A stretch of DNA of 62,418 nt, the filler included, from Sluysia triapertura (taxonomy: Eukaryota): assembly GCA_046118255.1 (NCBI GenBank). It is 5 parts of 5 records of this genome, joined end to end, with 100 filler letters (N's around TTAATTAATTAA, not from the genome) between each part and the next. Parts side by side here need not be neighbours in the genome. Positions count along the whole stretch, not along the records: positions 1 to 14,687 come from JBJNIA010251973.1; 4 more parts are not named here. The stretch is one strand, 5' to 3'. The notes under the pieces are model-generated. The model had not been told where the DNA came from. It saw nothing but the letters and a program-made list of their open reading frames with translations, and made no database searches. A program made the translations under genes and the position numbers. Positions 1 through 11,447 of the stretch are shown one piece after another (positions within the stretch are counted from its first letter, which is position 1; every line of letters starts with the position of its first letter).

Positions 1-71
<71 letters not shown>
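1..71. repeat. (AAT)n microsatellite
   Basis: Perfect ATA/AAT trinucleotide run at the window start. Confidence 0.98.
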
Positions 72-72
<1 letters not shown>

Positions 73-565
73 TGGAAAACGATGTAGTAAAATTTAAGAA
101 TTACAATATTACATGATGTTACAATATAACATGAAATTAGATGTTAACCTGTTAAGTAGTATTTTTGAACAATTCTGAAAAATAACTATTAATGAAGATG
201 GATTAGATTCTGTTAACTTTTGCTGTTACATGAATTAAGGTGGGCTTCACCCTTAAAATCTTTGTGGAATAAGGTAAAATTACTTTAAGATCCGGAATTG
301 TTTAATATATTTGAAAGAGAAATTAGGAGTGGAATGACTTTTACCGAAAGAAATCATGTGAAACGGATGAGACGACATCATCAATAAGCATTAATATTAA
401 TAATTAATTTTGGCGGGATTTGCGTCAACCTTTGCCGCATAATGATTTTAAATGAATTTATGATAATAAATGTCTGAATGATTTGTAGATTGTCACTATT
501 GTAAAAACAATTTTGGGTATACTTTTGAAGTTTATTAAATCATTTCACCTCATAAACATGAACCG
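73..565 (+). pseudogene. Degenerate protein-primed DNA polymerase B fragment (Polinton/Maverick/adintovirus type)
   Basis: Manual translation across stops and frameshifts gives YNMKLDVNLLSSIFEQF*K..EDGLDSVNF / LRWASPLK..VKLL*DPELFNIFEREIRSGMTF / ININN*-FGGILRQPLPHNDFK* / GYTFEV. These match, in order, the Polinton pPolB motifs YLKTDVLLLADVFENFR, GLDP, ERGIRGG, DANNLYGWAMSQPLP and GYILEVD. Confidence 0.8.
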
Positions 566-584
566 CAACCATTTTGATTCTATA

Positions 585-920
585 GTGTAGTGACCATTTT
601 AGTATTGCGATTATATTGAATTCAACGATTTGGTTATTTATTTCAAGCAGTTCTATCCATCCAAATATTCGTCACAAAACATTTTGATCTCGAGCATTCG
701 ATTAGAGAGATCACAGTTTCTAATTATCTTATTTATTAAGTAGTAAGTTTATTTTAGATAATCTGTAGACTCGCAAGAGTTAAAATCTCGACTTAAACTA
801 TTTAATTTTCAGTTGGTCATTAAGGCCAATTATAAAATAATACCAAAATCAATTTTTCGTTGGTTCGTAAGGCCAATTATAAAATATAAATCCATTTGAC
901 CGAGTCCTTAGGCTAGGACA
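585..920 (+). repeat. Dispersed repeat family C, ending in three bulged hairpins (second copy 43440-43885, minus)
   Basis: Shares the blocks ccatttt(a/g)gtat(t/c)gc, cattcgattagag and agttggtc(a/c)ttaagg(c/t)caatta with the reverse complement of 43440-43885. Confidence 0.7.
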
Positions 921-1334
921 AGTTATTTAAAAGTATTATTGTTATTATTATATAATCATTGCCTATATTGTTATTTTTATAAATTTGAATTTACATATTT
1001 TATTTCCTTGTTCAACGAATTTTGATATAATATACTTTCGATAATTTTAAAGTTGTGATTTATTAGGATTTAACGTAAAAGTTACAATACTAATTTATTA
1101 AAACCATTATATATGAAAAAACTTAAAGTTATATTATTTTAGCTTTAAGAACACGTTTACTATCACTATCATTTACTGTGTAAACTAAATTATTCTTAAA
1201 TTTATTTTTGACGATAGTGTTCATTAAGGTAATAAATATATATTTGTAAAATTGATTTTCGTTCTAGTAATTTTTAGTAAATAATTGAAATTTTAAAGAC
1301 ATTGGAGAAGCACTTTCTTTCTTACCGTTATTCC

Positions 1335-1460
1335 TAGACTTATTTTCACGTTACTTACAGATACGCCATTGGTAAGTTGTATACTGTAGGCGGACTTTGA
1401 ATATTAATTTATTTTGCTCTTAGGTAGGCTTTAGATTTAAAAGTAGAAAGAAACCCAGCA
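1335..1460 (-). repeat. Dispersed repeat family A, fragment
   Basis: Reverse complement reads ..caaaataaattaatattcaaagtccgcctacagtatacaacttaccaatggcgtatctgtaag..; near-identical blocks lie at 42880-42990 and 51960-52085. Confidence 0.8.
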
Positions 1461-2402
1461 AAACTAAAAATTGTACTCTTAAAAAATTGACGAACAGATT
1501 ATTTTGTTTTTTATTTTTCTTTTCAAAGAAAATCGGTTAAGGGGTAGATGTATTCTGTTTCCAAGGAAAAGCATTCTTTTATATTCCATCAAACTGTAAT
1601 AAATATATTCTGATCTTTGTTGCTACCAAGTTATCGTTTAAAAATTTGTCTTATTTTTGTGTGAATATCTTGGTTTTTTATGCATTTATATATGGTTTGA
1701 TTCAAGATCATGTTTTTCATGTTTTAAACAAAGTTACTCTTTATCAAAAAATTATATTTCATTTCTTTTTTAATAAAATTCTTTTTTATTATCTATATTA
1801 TCAACAAAATAATCCGCATTTAAAATTAAATGAATTGATAAAAACATTACATAAATTAAATAAATAATAAATATTTAAAAATAAATACATAAAATTTATA
1901 ATATAAAACTATACATATAAATATAAAGTACTAGTCATAAAATATTGATTTTCAATAAATTTGGAAGAAAATGACAGTATATATATTTGTAGATTTAGAA
2001 GATTGACATTTTTAGATTTAGAAGTACTTTTTAAATTACTGATGTAAATTTTGAAAATAATTCGTATTAGTATAGAACATAAAATCATTTAATTTAATGA
2101 GATCTCTTGTAATGAAAAGACAGAATAAGTAAAACGCAAAAAACTTGTAAGAAATGAAAAATTATAAAATTCACCTGCTTCTAGCTTGTACAAAATTAGC
2201 CTCAATAGTTCCAAACACGGCTTCTCGGTAAAACACGACATTACTTTGGTTGAGTGATTGTAGTAGAACTTTATATTGTGCATTATCTACAAGCTTTTTA
2301 AACATAAACCGGACTTTAACAATATTAATATAAAAATGTCCACACATTATGATCACTTCACGATAATTTTAATTTGGTGGTTGGTAAATCATTCTTAGAA
2401 TT

Positions 2403-2480
2403 TGTTGGGATTAGTGAAGGGTAAAGGTAGATATAAAGGTTTAAGACTCAGGATAAGAGAATAAGGTGAACTTTATTGAG
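2403..2480 (+). repeat. LTR-like repeat start (TGTTGGGATTAGTGAAG...), second copy at 62342-62418
   Basis: tgttgggattagtgaag..gatataa.ggt..aa.actcaggataagagaataag..gaac.ttatt aligns with 62342-62418, and both copies begin with TG. Confidence 0.7.
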
Positions 2481-2619
2481 GAATTGTAATAGTAAGATAA
2501 ATATATAAAATACTTGAAATAAGACAAAACAATGAAAAATACGAAATAACCCTTTACAAGGTTTTATTTATTTAATTTAATTTATTTACAAATTTATTTA
2601 ATTTGATAACTCAATAAAA

Positions 2620-3110
2620 ATGTTTGCTTGAGTTATTAAATTTAGTGTAAAATGTTGAGTTTTATTATTGATTTTAGTGATGAAGTGTTACTAAGCACAT
2701 CGACGTAGATAACGTAAAATTGAGCTATTTTAATTAATTTTGTAATTTAAAATTAAAGATTAAATATATTCCAATGTCTAAGTATTAATAAAATATGTAT
2801 CAAATTAAAGCTTGTAAAGAAACAAGTTAGTTATTGATATTGACGTGTGACGTTCCGTTAACGTGTTACGTATGATATAAGTATTAAAAGAAGTTATTAA
2901 AAGAAGTATAGGTAAATTAGGATGATGTATAATTCAAAATATGATTTGATTCTTTTAAAGATATATGGGTTTGTTCTTCACAAAACTCACTATCTCCAGA
3001 TAATTTTCGGGCAATCTAAAGTCGGAAATTCATTGGAAACTAATATTGAAATTTTATCGCAGTAATTGGTCGGCATAAGAAAATAGTATGTATAGTAGAC
3101 ATGCAAAATA
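2620..3110 (+). repeat. Dispersed repeat family A (unclassified non-autonomous element)
   Basis: Blocks cacatcgacgtagataacgtaaaa, gttattgatattgacgtg, cacaaaactcactatct and aattggtcggcataa recur at 38400-38660 and 51510-51950. Confidence 0.8.
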
Positions 3111-4299
3111 ATTAAATTGAATTCTCGACTATCTGACAGTTATCTGGATACTGCATAAAGAGCTAACTTTTTACAAGCGACAAAATAGTCAAGAACTATT
3201 GAAACAACTTCTTGCTGTAAAGACGCTGGATTCAATTAAGGTGTGGATAACACTCATTGAAACTTTTTTCCAGTAATAATATTAAAATAAAAATAAGTTT
3301 ACGTGGTTATTGGAGAGTTAGGATTCATTTTGTTTTTATTATTATTTTATATTTTATTTGTGGTAACAGCATTTATGTTGTGTAACCCCTGCGATTTTTA
3401 AAAAGTTGGACAATTATTTATTAAAAAATTTGATTTAAAGAATTAAAAAGTTTGATCTATAGAACTATAATTTTAATATAAAGAGGTTGATTTATAGAAT
3501 TATATTTGTCATATAAAAGATTTGATTTGTGTAATTTTTATATAAGAATATATATAGATTTAGTTTTATTTGATTTTTAGTTATTAAAGAGGGATATTAG
3601 TAAACAAAACAAAAACACAACAGTTGTAATAAACATTTTTGTGTTCATTTTATTAGTTTTAATAAATTTTTGTAACAGTAATTAAAATTTCTGTTGAGAT
3701 AAGATCAATTGATAATTAAGAAGTTAAAAGACCCTCTGATTAGAGTAAGAAAGAATAATCGTTAATACTCATTTATTTAAGATTTTTTGTCAAATTTCAC
3801 ATTAAGATTTATTAACTTATAATTACAGGACACCTTCTTCATGACATAAGACATTTACTGTAACCAGATCCTGCTCAATTTTATTTTGTCGTAAGTTAGG
3901 AATTAAGAAAAACACAGCAAAACAAGTAAGCCAATAGGATCGCAAATTTTCGCTAGTGATTTGTTTACTTTAAGAAACGCTATGGACGTGAGTCCCTTAC
4001 AGTCTTAGTCTTATACACTTAAGGGCTAAGTTGTAACTAGAAATCAAAAGATAGTAAATGGAGGTTATTATTAACTATTAATATCTAATGAATATTTTTT
4101 GTAAGGTAATTGGAATTATAAAGTCACTAAGCAATTAGAAATTTTGTGGATTCAATTAATGTTAATAGGTTTACTTGGCAATTTAGTTTTGTAGTGATTT
4201 TACTACCGTTTTTTTATTAAAAACGGTTTTCAATGAAATTTACTACCGATAAAATCGGTTTCTGTTTTACTCTAATTTTAATGAATTTAAGTTAACAGT

Positions 4300-4800
4300 T
4301 TATGACCGAGTATAAAATCAACACCCTATAATTCAATTTTAATCAATAATAAAATAAACTCCTAAGGTGTATTAAACAAACGATGAAAATGTTACATAAT
4401 GGATATAAATAAATAAAACAAATTTTTTTCAATTATAATATAATTGTTCTTTTCAAAATTTTATGAGGATTTTTTGAAAATATCTTTAAAATTAATTAGA
4501 AAATGTTACGCAAATTTTACAATTCTCAATAAAATGAAAATAACACTTATTTAAAAATAACTAACGAAATTTTTTCAAAATGTAATATTTTCTTATGCTT
4601 GCCATTGTAGAAGACTCTGGTAAATATTTTGTCCTGATAAAAGTCTGTGAATATTTTCAAAATATCGATAATACTTTTAAAAATATCGATAATTTGAAAA
4701 TATCTTTTGTGACTTGTTTGCTATATATTTTTTCTTTTAACTTTGAATGTATTTTAACAAAATGTAGCAATTTTATTTTAAAGTGTGATCAATTTATGTG
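4300..4800 (+). repeat. Dispersed repeat family B (inverted copy at about 13560-14050)
   Basis: tcaatt.taatataattgttcttt..a.gaggattttt and aaatattttgtcctgataa match the reverse complement of 13950-13990 and 13720-13755. Confidence 0.6.
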
Positions 4801-5676
4801 ATAAATATTAATTTTTTTAAAACGTGCTCAGTTTATTTTATTTATTATTAGTTATTTTTTATTTATTTTATTTTAAAACTAATAATAATGATAATGATAA
4901 TAATAATAATAACAAATAATGACAAATAATAACAGATATTAACACTAAACACTTATAATTTTCTAATTATTGATTTTATACATATAATATAACATAATTT
5001 CTATTAGTAATTTATTTTTAATGTTTTAGTTAGGTTAGTCTATTTGTATATAACAAACATAATTTCTATTTTTAGTAATTATTTTTAGCAATTTATAAAT
5101 ATTTTAGTTAGTTTATTGACAAGATATATTTCTGCAAGGATAGTTTTTTTTCTATGTCCAAATAGGGACATAGTATTTCTAAGTGTCAATTAAAAATTGA
5201 CTAATAATAATTATGGCTTTGTATCAAGAGATTTCCGATTAGAATCCTGGTCAGTTCATTTTGTGAAGCTCAACCTTTGATTGTTGCATTTTGAATTTGC
5301 CTTATTTTCTCTTCATCATCATCCAATCGATTATTATTATTTGTGATATTTTATGAATAAATATCGTTATCATATTCAATTTAATATGTACTCTTTACAT
5401 CACAAGCATAGATAATAATACGATAATAAAGTTCAAAATCGTGTTAAATTACAAATTTGGCAATTATCATTTGTTAACTAAATAAAAATATCTAAATTTA
5501 AAAAATATTAAGGTACATAAATTGAATTTAAATTTCAATAATATATACACAGTGACACATTTATTTGTCACTAAATCAACCTATGTCAATAAAATATGTT
5601 TTGATAATTAATTTATATATATAAATTAAATTAGTTTATTTTTATGAAAAATCACAATAAATAAAGAACAGTAATT

Positions 5677-5959
5677 ATGAAGGCAATTTTCGTATTTTTT
5701 ATAATATGGTAAATTTAATATTTTAATTATTTAAAATTGACAATTTTTGATGATTTAGTATTATAGATGGTTTTAGTTTTCCAACAACTCCACCAAGAAG
5801 ACCCAGACCGGAAATAAGTAATTCTATTATTTATATGAAATATTGTTTTCCATTGTAGACTTAAAATATGTCTATTTATTTGTTAATTACGTTTATTTAA
5901 GCACATTTATTTGCCAGATCAATTTTAATCATATAGTCATAAGTTTTTACTGCTATTAA
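5677..5959 (+). CDS. Candidate small secreted Pro/Arg-rich peptide gene (exons 5677-5708, 5759-5817, 5859-...)
   Basis: ATG plus two GT-AG introns of 50 and 41 nt keep the frame: MKAIFVFFIICIIDG-FSFPTTPPRRPRPEINLKY... The N-terminus looks like a signal peptide. The 3' exon structure is uncertain. Confidence 0.45.
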
Positions 5960-8900
5960 ATATTTATTTTAATTGTATTGCTATTATCAATAATCAAAAG
6001 TAAATTTTTTTTAAATATTTTATATCTCTTTGTCTTTTCTTGTTTAAGTGCTGTTACCATATAAATTTAAATTATAGTTTTATTAAAATTTAACAAGCTG
6101 TTATTATGTAATCCTATTTTCAATTTATTAATTACAAGGTTTTGAACAAAAATTTCTAAATTATAGAGCTAATAATAATATTAATATAAATGTTTTATTA
6201 AGTTTTTGTTTTTATATTCAAATGTGAAACAAACGTAATGTTTTCCATTATTATTGTACTGATAAATTTATGTACAAATAAGAGAAACTTATTTATGTGT
6301 GATCTAAATTTTGTCCACAGCGTTTTAGAATAATGCGCAAGCATGAAAAGTATCGAGGTCAATGAAAATCTATACCGAGTCTTCAGTAGTCAAATCTTAT
6401 ATTCAAAGAATAATCACTGGAAACTCATTTTGCAGACATTTATTAAAGACTTTTTATTATTTGTAGACATCATTTTAAAACCTCGTTTTAAAATTAATTT
6501 ACTTTTAAAATGGAGATAAAAGATGTTGATTTTAGTTTAGAATTTAAATAACTCCGTATGATTTAGAATAAATTAAGTAAAATTTTGAACTACAAATTTA
6601 ATATTTAAATCAAATTGATACAACTTTTATATAATAATATGCAACAGAATAGCAATGAAGAAAATAATATTAAATATCTAAAGATATATCTTAAAATATG
6701 GTATAAATGATTTTAATATCGATTTTGCGGCTTTTAATCTGCTGGCGAAATAACGGTGAAAAACTTAGTGTAATTTGATTATCTTACAAAAACATATTGG
6801 CATGACGTAAATTTAATGAATTATATTAACATTTTACTAATGAATTACTAACATTTTATAAAATATAATTTTTTTTAATTTATGGATGATCTGTAAAATG
6901 AATTTGTTTAGTGAAACTTTATTATTGAAATGATTTGTTGAATAAGGTGAATTAATTAATTTTAAACATTGTGACATATAGGACTATTAAATGACTTAGG
7001 AATTAAATGATTGGGAATTTTGTTAAACATGAGTTAAACATTATTAAGTTATGTTTTTATAGTAGAATTAGTCCTTATAAATCAAGCCACCACACATATG
7101 ATCAAGTAAATCATCTAATCACTGAGTTATTGACAAATCGATTTTATTTCCTTTCGTAATTTATTTATGTCCCACTATTGCTTAATTTTGACTGAATTTT
7201 TATTGTTTATCTACAGTAATATTTGATCTAAGATAATATTTATAAGAAAACTTTTTTTGCTTTGGTCGACTTATTAAAATTTGTTAGCTTTTATAATGTG
7301 CGCTGTTTTAACTCTTTCAAAAACTCAATCAATTTTTAAAAATAACTTTTCAAAATTTATAATATTAATATTTCAAAACTATAATTTTAGAATTTTAAAA
7401 TTTAATTACTTTTTAAAACTAAATTACTAACACCGACATGCGTTCTATAATAATTCCAATTATATTTTAAATTATTAACAATTATTTTTAAATTATTANN
7501 NNNNNNNNNNNNNNNNNNNNNNNNNNNNNNNNNNNNNNNNNNNNNNNNNNNNNNNNNNNNNNNNNNNNNNNNNNNNNNNNNNNNNNNNNNNNNNNNNNNN
7601 NNNNNNNNNNNNNNNNNNNNNNNNNNAATTATCGTTAGTTTATTATCTTTGATGTTGTGGTGGTGACAGTATTATGCTCAATAAATTTTTTATTCTTTCA
7701 TATAATAATGTTTCTAGAATTAATCACCCCACATAGTTAATTTTATTGTATGGCCAATCTTTTATCGATAAATTGTTCTAACTTAATATATCATCTTGTT
7801 TGGTCATAATCGTTCGGTAATTATTTGCTGATTTGTGTTTGCTAATATCTGTATTTTCGTAGATTATTTTTTTGATGCTACACTTGATTCGTAACTTTGC
7901 CAATTAAATATAACGAATTCTCATCTATGTTTGCAGTTTATTTCGTTCATTTCTGATTGCATAACATTTCAAGATTCTTATACGATTTCTAAGAAATTCC
8001 TTCACAATTATTAAGATATGTTAGTTTTATTTTAAAAGTATTTGTTTTTGAAGCTATTTTTAATTTAATTATTCTACTAATAAAAACATTACTACAGCGT
8101 GAATTTAATATTTTCATTTTTATACATGAAATTTGTTTGTTAAAAGAATTTTTATTTAGTTTATTACGATACTTGTCAGATGCTTTGTTCGGGAGTATGT
8201 GTCAATGAAAGATGTTTACTTCACGGGGAAAAAGTAACAACGCCTAAACTACCACCTGGATTTTATAAATAACCCTAAAATAAATACATAAAGTATTGTA
8301 TTTTTTGTATTAGTGTAATTAAATTTTGTTGAATTTTATTTTCTACATTAAATATAGTAAAAAATCGAATGTTAGGTATAAAATATGTATACAAAATATA
8401 TTTTCAATGAAAGTAAAACTAAAAATTAAGAATAAATGTTTTATTATTGAAGTGAAATAAAAAAATTAATGATTAGGACTTTGAATTGATTTAATATTAA
8501 TATTCACAATCACTATTTAAAAAATCAATAAATAATTTTTAATTATAATCAACAGGCTTTTGTATATAAATTCAAAATATTTCCAATTTGTTGTACTTTA
8601 AAAAATTTAACGAAATTCAATGAAGCGAACATTTTTATATTTTTTATGTCTTAAATAAATTTCAATAAAAAGTACAAATCGATAAGTGTATAATTGTGAA
8701 GATTATCCAATTGTTGGACATTGAATGAGTAAAGTTAATGTCGCATTGGATAGATATGTGAAGACGTGATATAAAATAATAAGCAAAATGTGATAAAACA
8801 TTATTAAAGGAGGAATAATGATAATGATAACATCTAGAATCTTTTTAGACAGTTAAGAATATCATAGAAATTCCAAAGAACTTCGTAGTACTTTGAGATC

Positions 8901-10793
8901 CTTGAGGAGCTTGAAATTATCTTAACTCTTAAAAGTATTAAAGCACCTTTAGACTTGTAGAAATTAAAAGATCTGATAAACTTTTAAAAATTTTTGGAAT
9001 TTTCATAACAATAACACTAAGGTTTAGATCATTGGACAATCTTGTAAAATAAAATGTTACCGACAACAGAGACAAATTTGATAAGTTAAGAATTAACATA
9101 AAGATGTAGAAAGGGTAATCGGAGTAGTGGTGTAAACATCTAGAATTCCTGAATACTTTACTAAATATGAATAACTTTAGAACCTTAATAAATCCTTTAA
9201 AAGTAAAAAGGGATAAATTATAAAAATTGATTAATTAATTAAAATCTTAATTAACTTACTTTAAAAAAAATAGTTGGAAATTCCCTAATTTTGGAACAAG
9301 AAATAATAAGTAAAGAAGACGTGGAATTAGAAGCGTAAGAAGAACTGAACCACGAACAAAACAATAAAACATTGTTGGAGTAAGAATGATGAAGATGAAA
9401 ACATCTATAGTAAAGTTGATAGCTGAATTCAAGACCTTTTTGGGGGTGTTTAGAGGGTTTTGGGAAACCTCTAGAGGCATTAAGATACCCTTGAACTTGA
9501 GATCGCTTTAGATCTTATTGACCCTTAAATAATCTTGGAACATTGATAAGCATTTGAGACCTTTGAGTAATTTAGTAAAGTATTTGAAATCTATAAAACA
9601 TTTGAGAAATTGAAATATTGTTACTAATAATAAATTTAAATTAATAATTAACATAAATAATTAGAAAAAGGAATGGTATGTTTTGGCCAAGTTAGTACAA
9701 AAAACGCTTTAATATTGTTCAATTTCTTTATAAAAATCAACAATTATAATTTTAAATAAATGGGTCCGTCTGTATATTGCGGTTTACGTCTGAACGCGGA
9801 CGCAATTAGAAATGCTAAAGTAAATTAAATCTTTCCTACAAAATCGAAAGATCAACAAGAGGGTCACTAATTTTCTTTTTAATCAGTGTTATACAATTCT
9901 TTAATGCAATCTGCTCTTTACTGGTTATACTTTTCTACAAACTCCTAAAATTAATTTACTTAATCTATGCAACTTTTAGTTCAGTGTATTCCCTGAACTC
10001 ACAATTATTAACTTGATAATATATTCTACGATAAGTCGTACAATAAACTTCCTATCATTATTATTATTTCAGTATTTGTTCTTTAAAACTTCAACGAAAG
10101 AAAAGTATGTTGTTGAAAATTGATGATGATTATGATTGATTGATTGATTATTGTTATTTTTAAACTTTAAATTTAAATTATCTTTAACTTTACGAAATTT
10201 AAAATTAACTTTTATTAAAATTTTTTCATTAAAATCTTTTATTTGCGAAATAATTAGCATATCTTCACAATACAGAAATTGAAAATAAAAACGTAAAGAT
10301 TTTTTTTGAAAAATTTTAATTTAGATATTTGACTGCCATGTATGATACTTCTTCTCGACGTTCCACCTATAAATAAAAAATAATAATAATGAGTGTTAAC
10401 ACACAATGAATAGAAGTAAATATTATTTACCTTAACGTTGCTGTCTAATAAATTATTGCCACCTGAAATGCTGGAAACAACTGCAATATTATTCGGTAAC
10501 TCTGTAATTCGTTGCAAGTTTAAGTGGAAAGTTGTTTGATTTTCTTTGCTGCTCTTTAACTTGTGAACAGAGTATGTCTGAAGTACAATCCACGCAATAA
10601 ACAGATACCATTATTATCAGTAAGAGCTTGGCACATAACAGACCTACGAATAAATTTTCGTCTATTTAACATGCAATAATCACGCTCATTATCTCTGCGT
10701 CGAAAGTCATTACAAATACTCATTGTCATTGTAATATCTTAGGTTTATTTTTATCAATAGAATAAATATTATTTTTATCATTAAGAAAATTAA

Positions 10794-11447
10794 TTAATTT
10801 ATAATAATAAAGTTCGAAAACATATTATTTTTTATAAATATTAAAAAAATCGACTTTATAATGTTTAGGTTTATAAAATCTGTCTTCACAACAACGTGTT
10901 CTTCTTTGTTGCTGACTTGATAATCAATATATTTCTTCCTCCTAATTTGTGTAACCTCATATCCAGCATTGTTATCTCTATTGTCATTAGGGTTATAATT
11001 GTTAGAATCACAATACTCGACTTCGACATTAATAACTTCGACCTTGTCATCTTCAAGATTGTTATTTTGTAAATTGTTATCTCTACTAATGCCACTCGCG
11101 TTATACTGTTCTTCAAAATTATATACTCGAAAGTGATCATCACTAACTTTATTCTTATCGTCTTTAACATTATTAACTTTATTATTACATATTTGATAAA
11201 TGTTATATTTATCTTCATCAACTTTATTCTGATCATCTTGAGTAATCATAGCTGGAACATTGCCATCTTTTCTATTGTCGATCAAGTTAAACTTAACCTT
11301 ATAATTGTATATTATATAATTGTTATATTTATCATCATCAACTTTATACTGATCATCTTGAGCAATTATAACTGTAAGATTATCATCTATACTTTTGTCC
11401 AGTTTGTTAACATCACCTTCATTGCTTTTACAATCGTTAAATTCCAT
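10794..11447 (-). CDS. Asp/Asn-rich hypothetical protein with internal repeats
   Basis: 217-aa ATG ORF with the duplicated motif I(A/T)QDDQ(Y/N)KVD(D/E)DKYN; the DNA duplication is visible at 11190-11250 and 11310-11370. Confidence 0.35.
   Translation of the reverse strand: MEFNDCKSNEGDVNKLDKSIDDNLTVIIAQDDQYKVDDDKYNNYIIYNYKVKFNLIDNRKDGNVPAMITQDDQNKVDEDKYNIYQICNNKVNNVKDDKNKVSDDHFRVYNFEEQYNASGISRDNNLQNNNLEDDKVEVINVEVEYCDSNNYNPNDNRDNNAGYEVTQIRRKKYIDYQVSNKEEHVVVKTDFINLNIIKSIFLIFIKNNMFSNFIIIN

Noticed and set aside
895-921. Hammerhead-like ttgaccgagtcc...ggacaag
   Set aside because: Lacks exact CUGANGA and GAAA cores, and no stems I/III were found.
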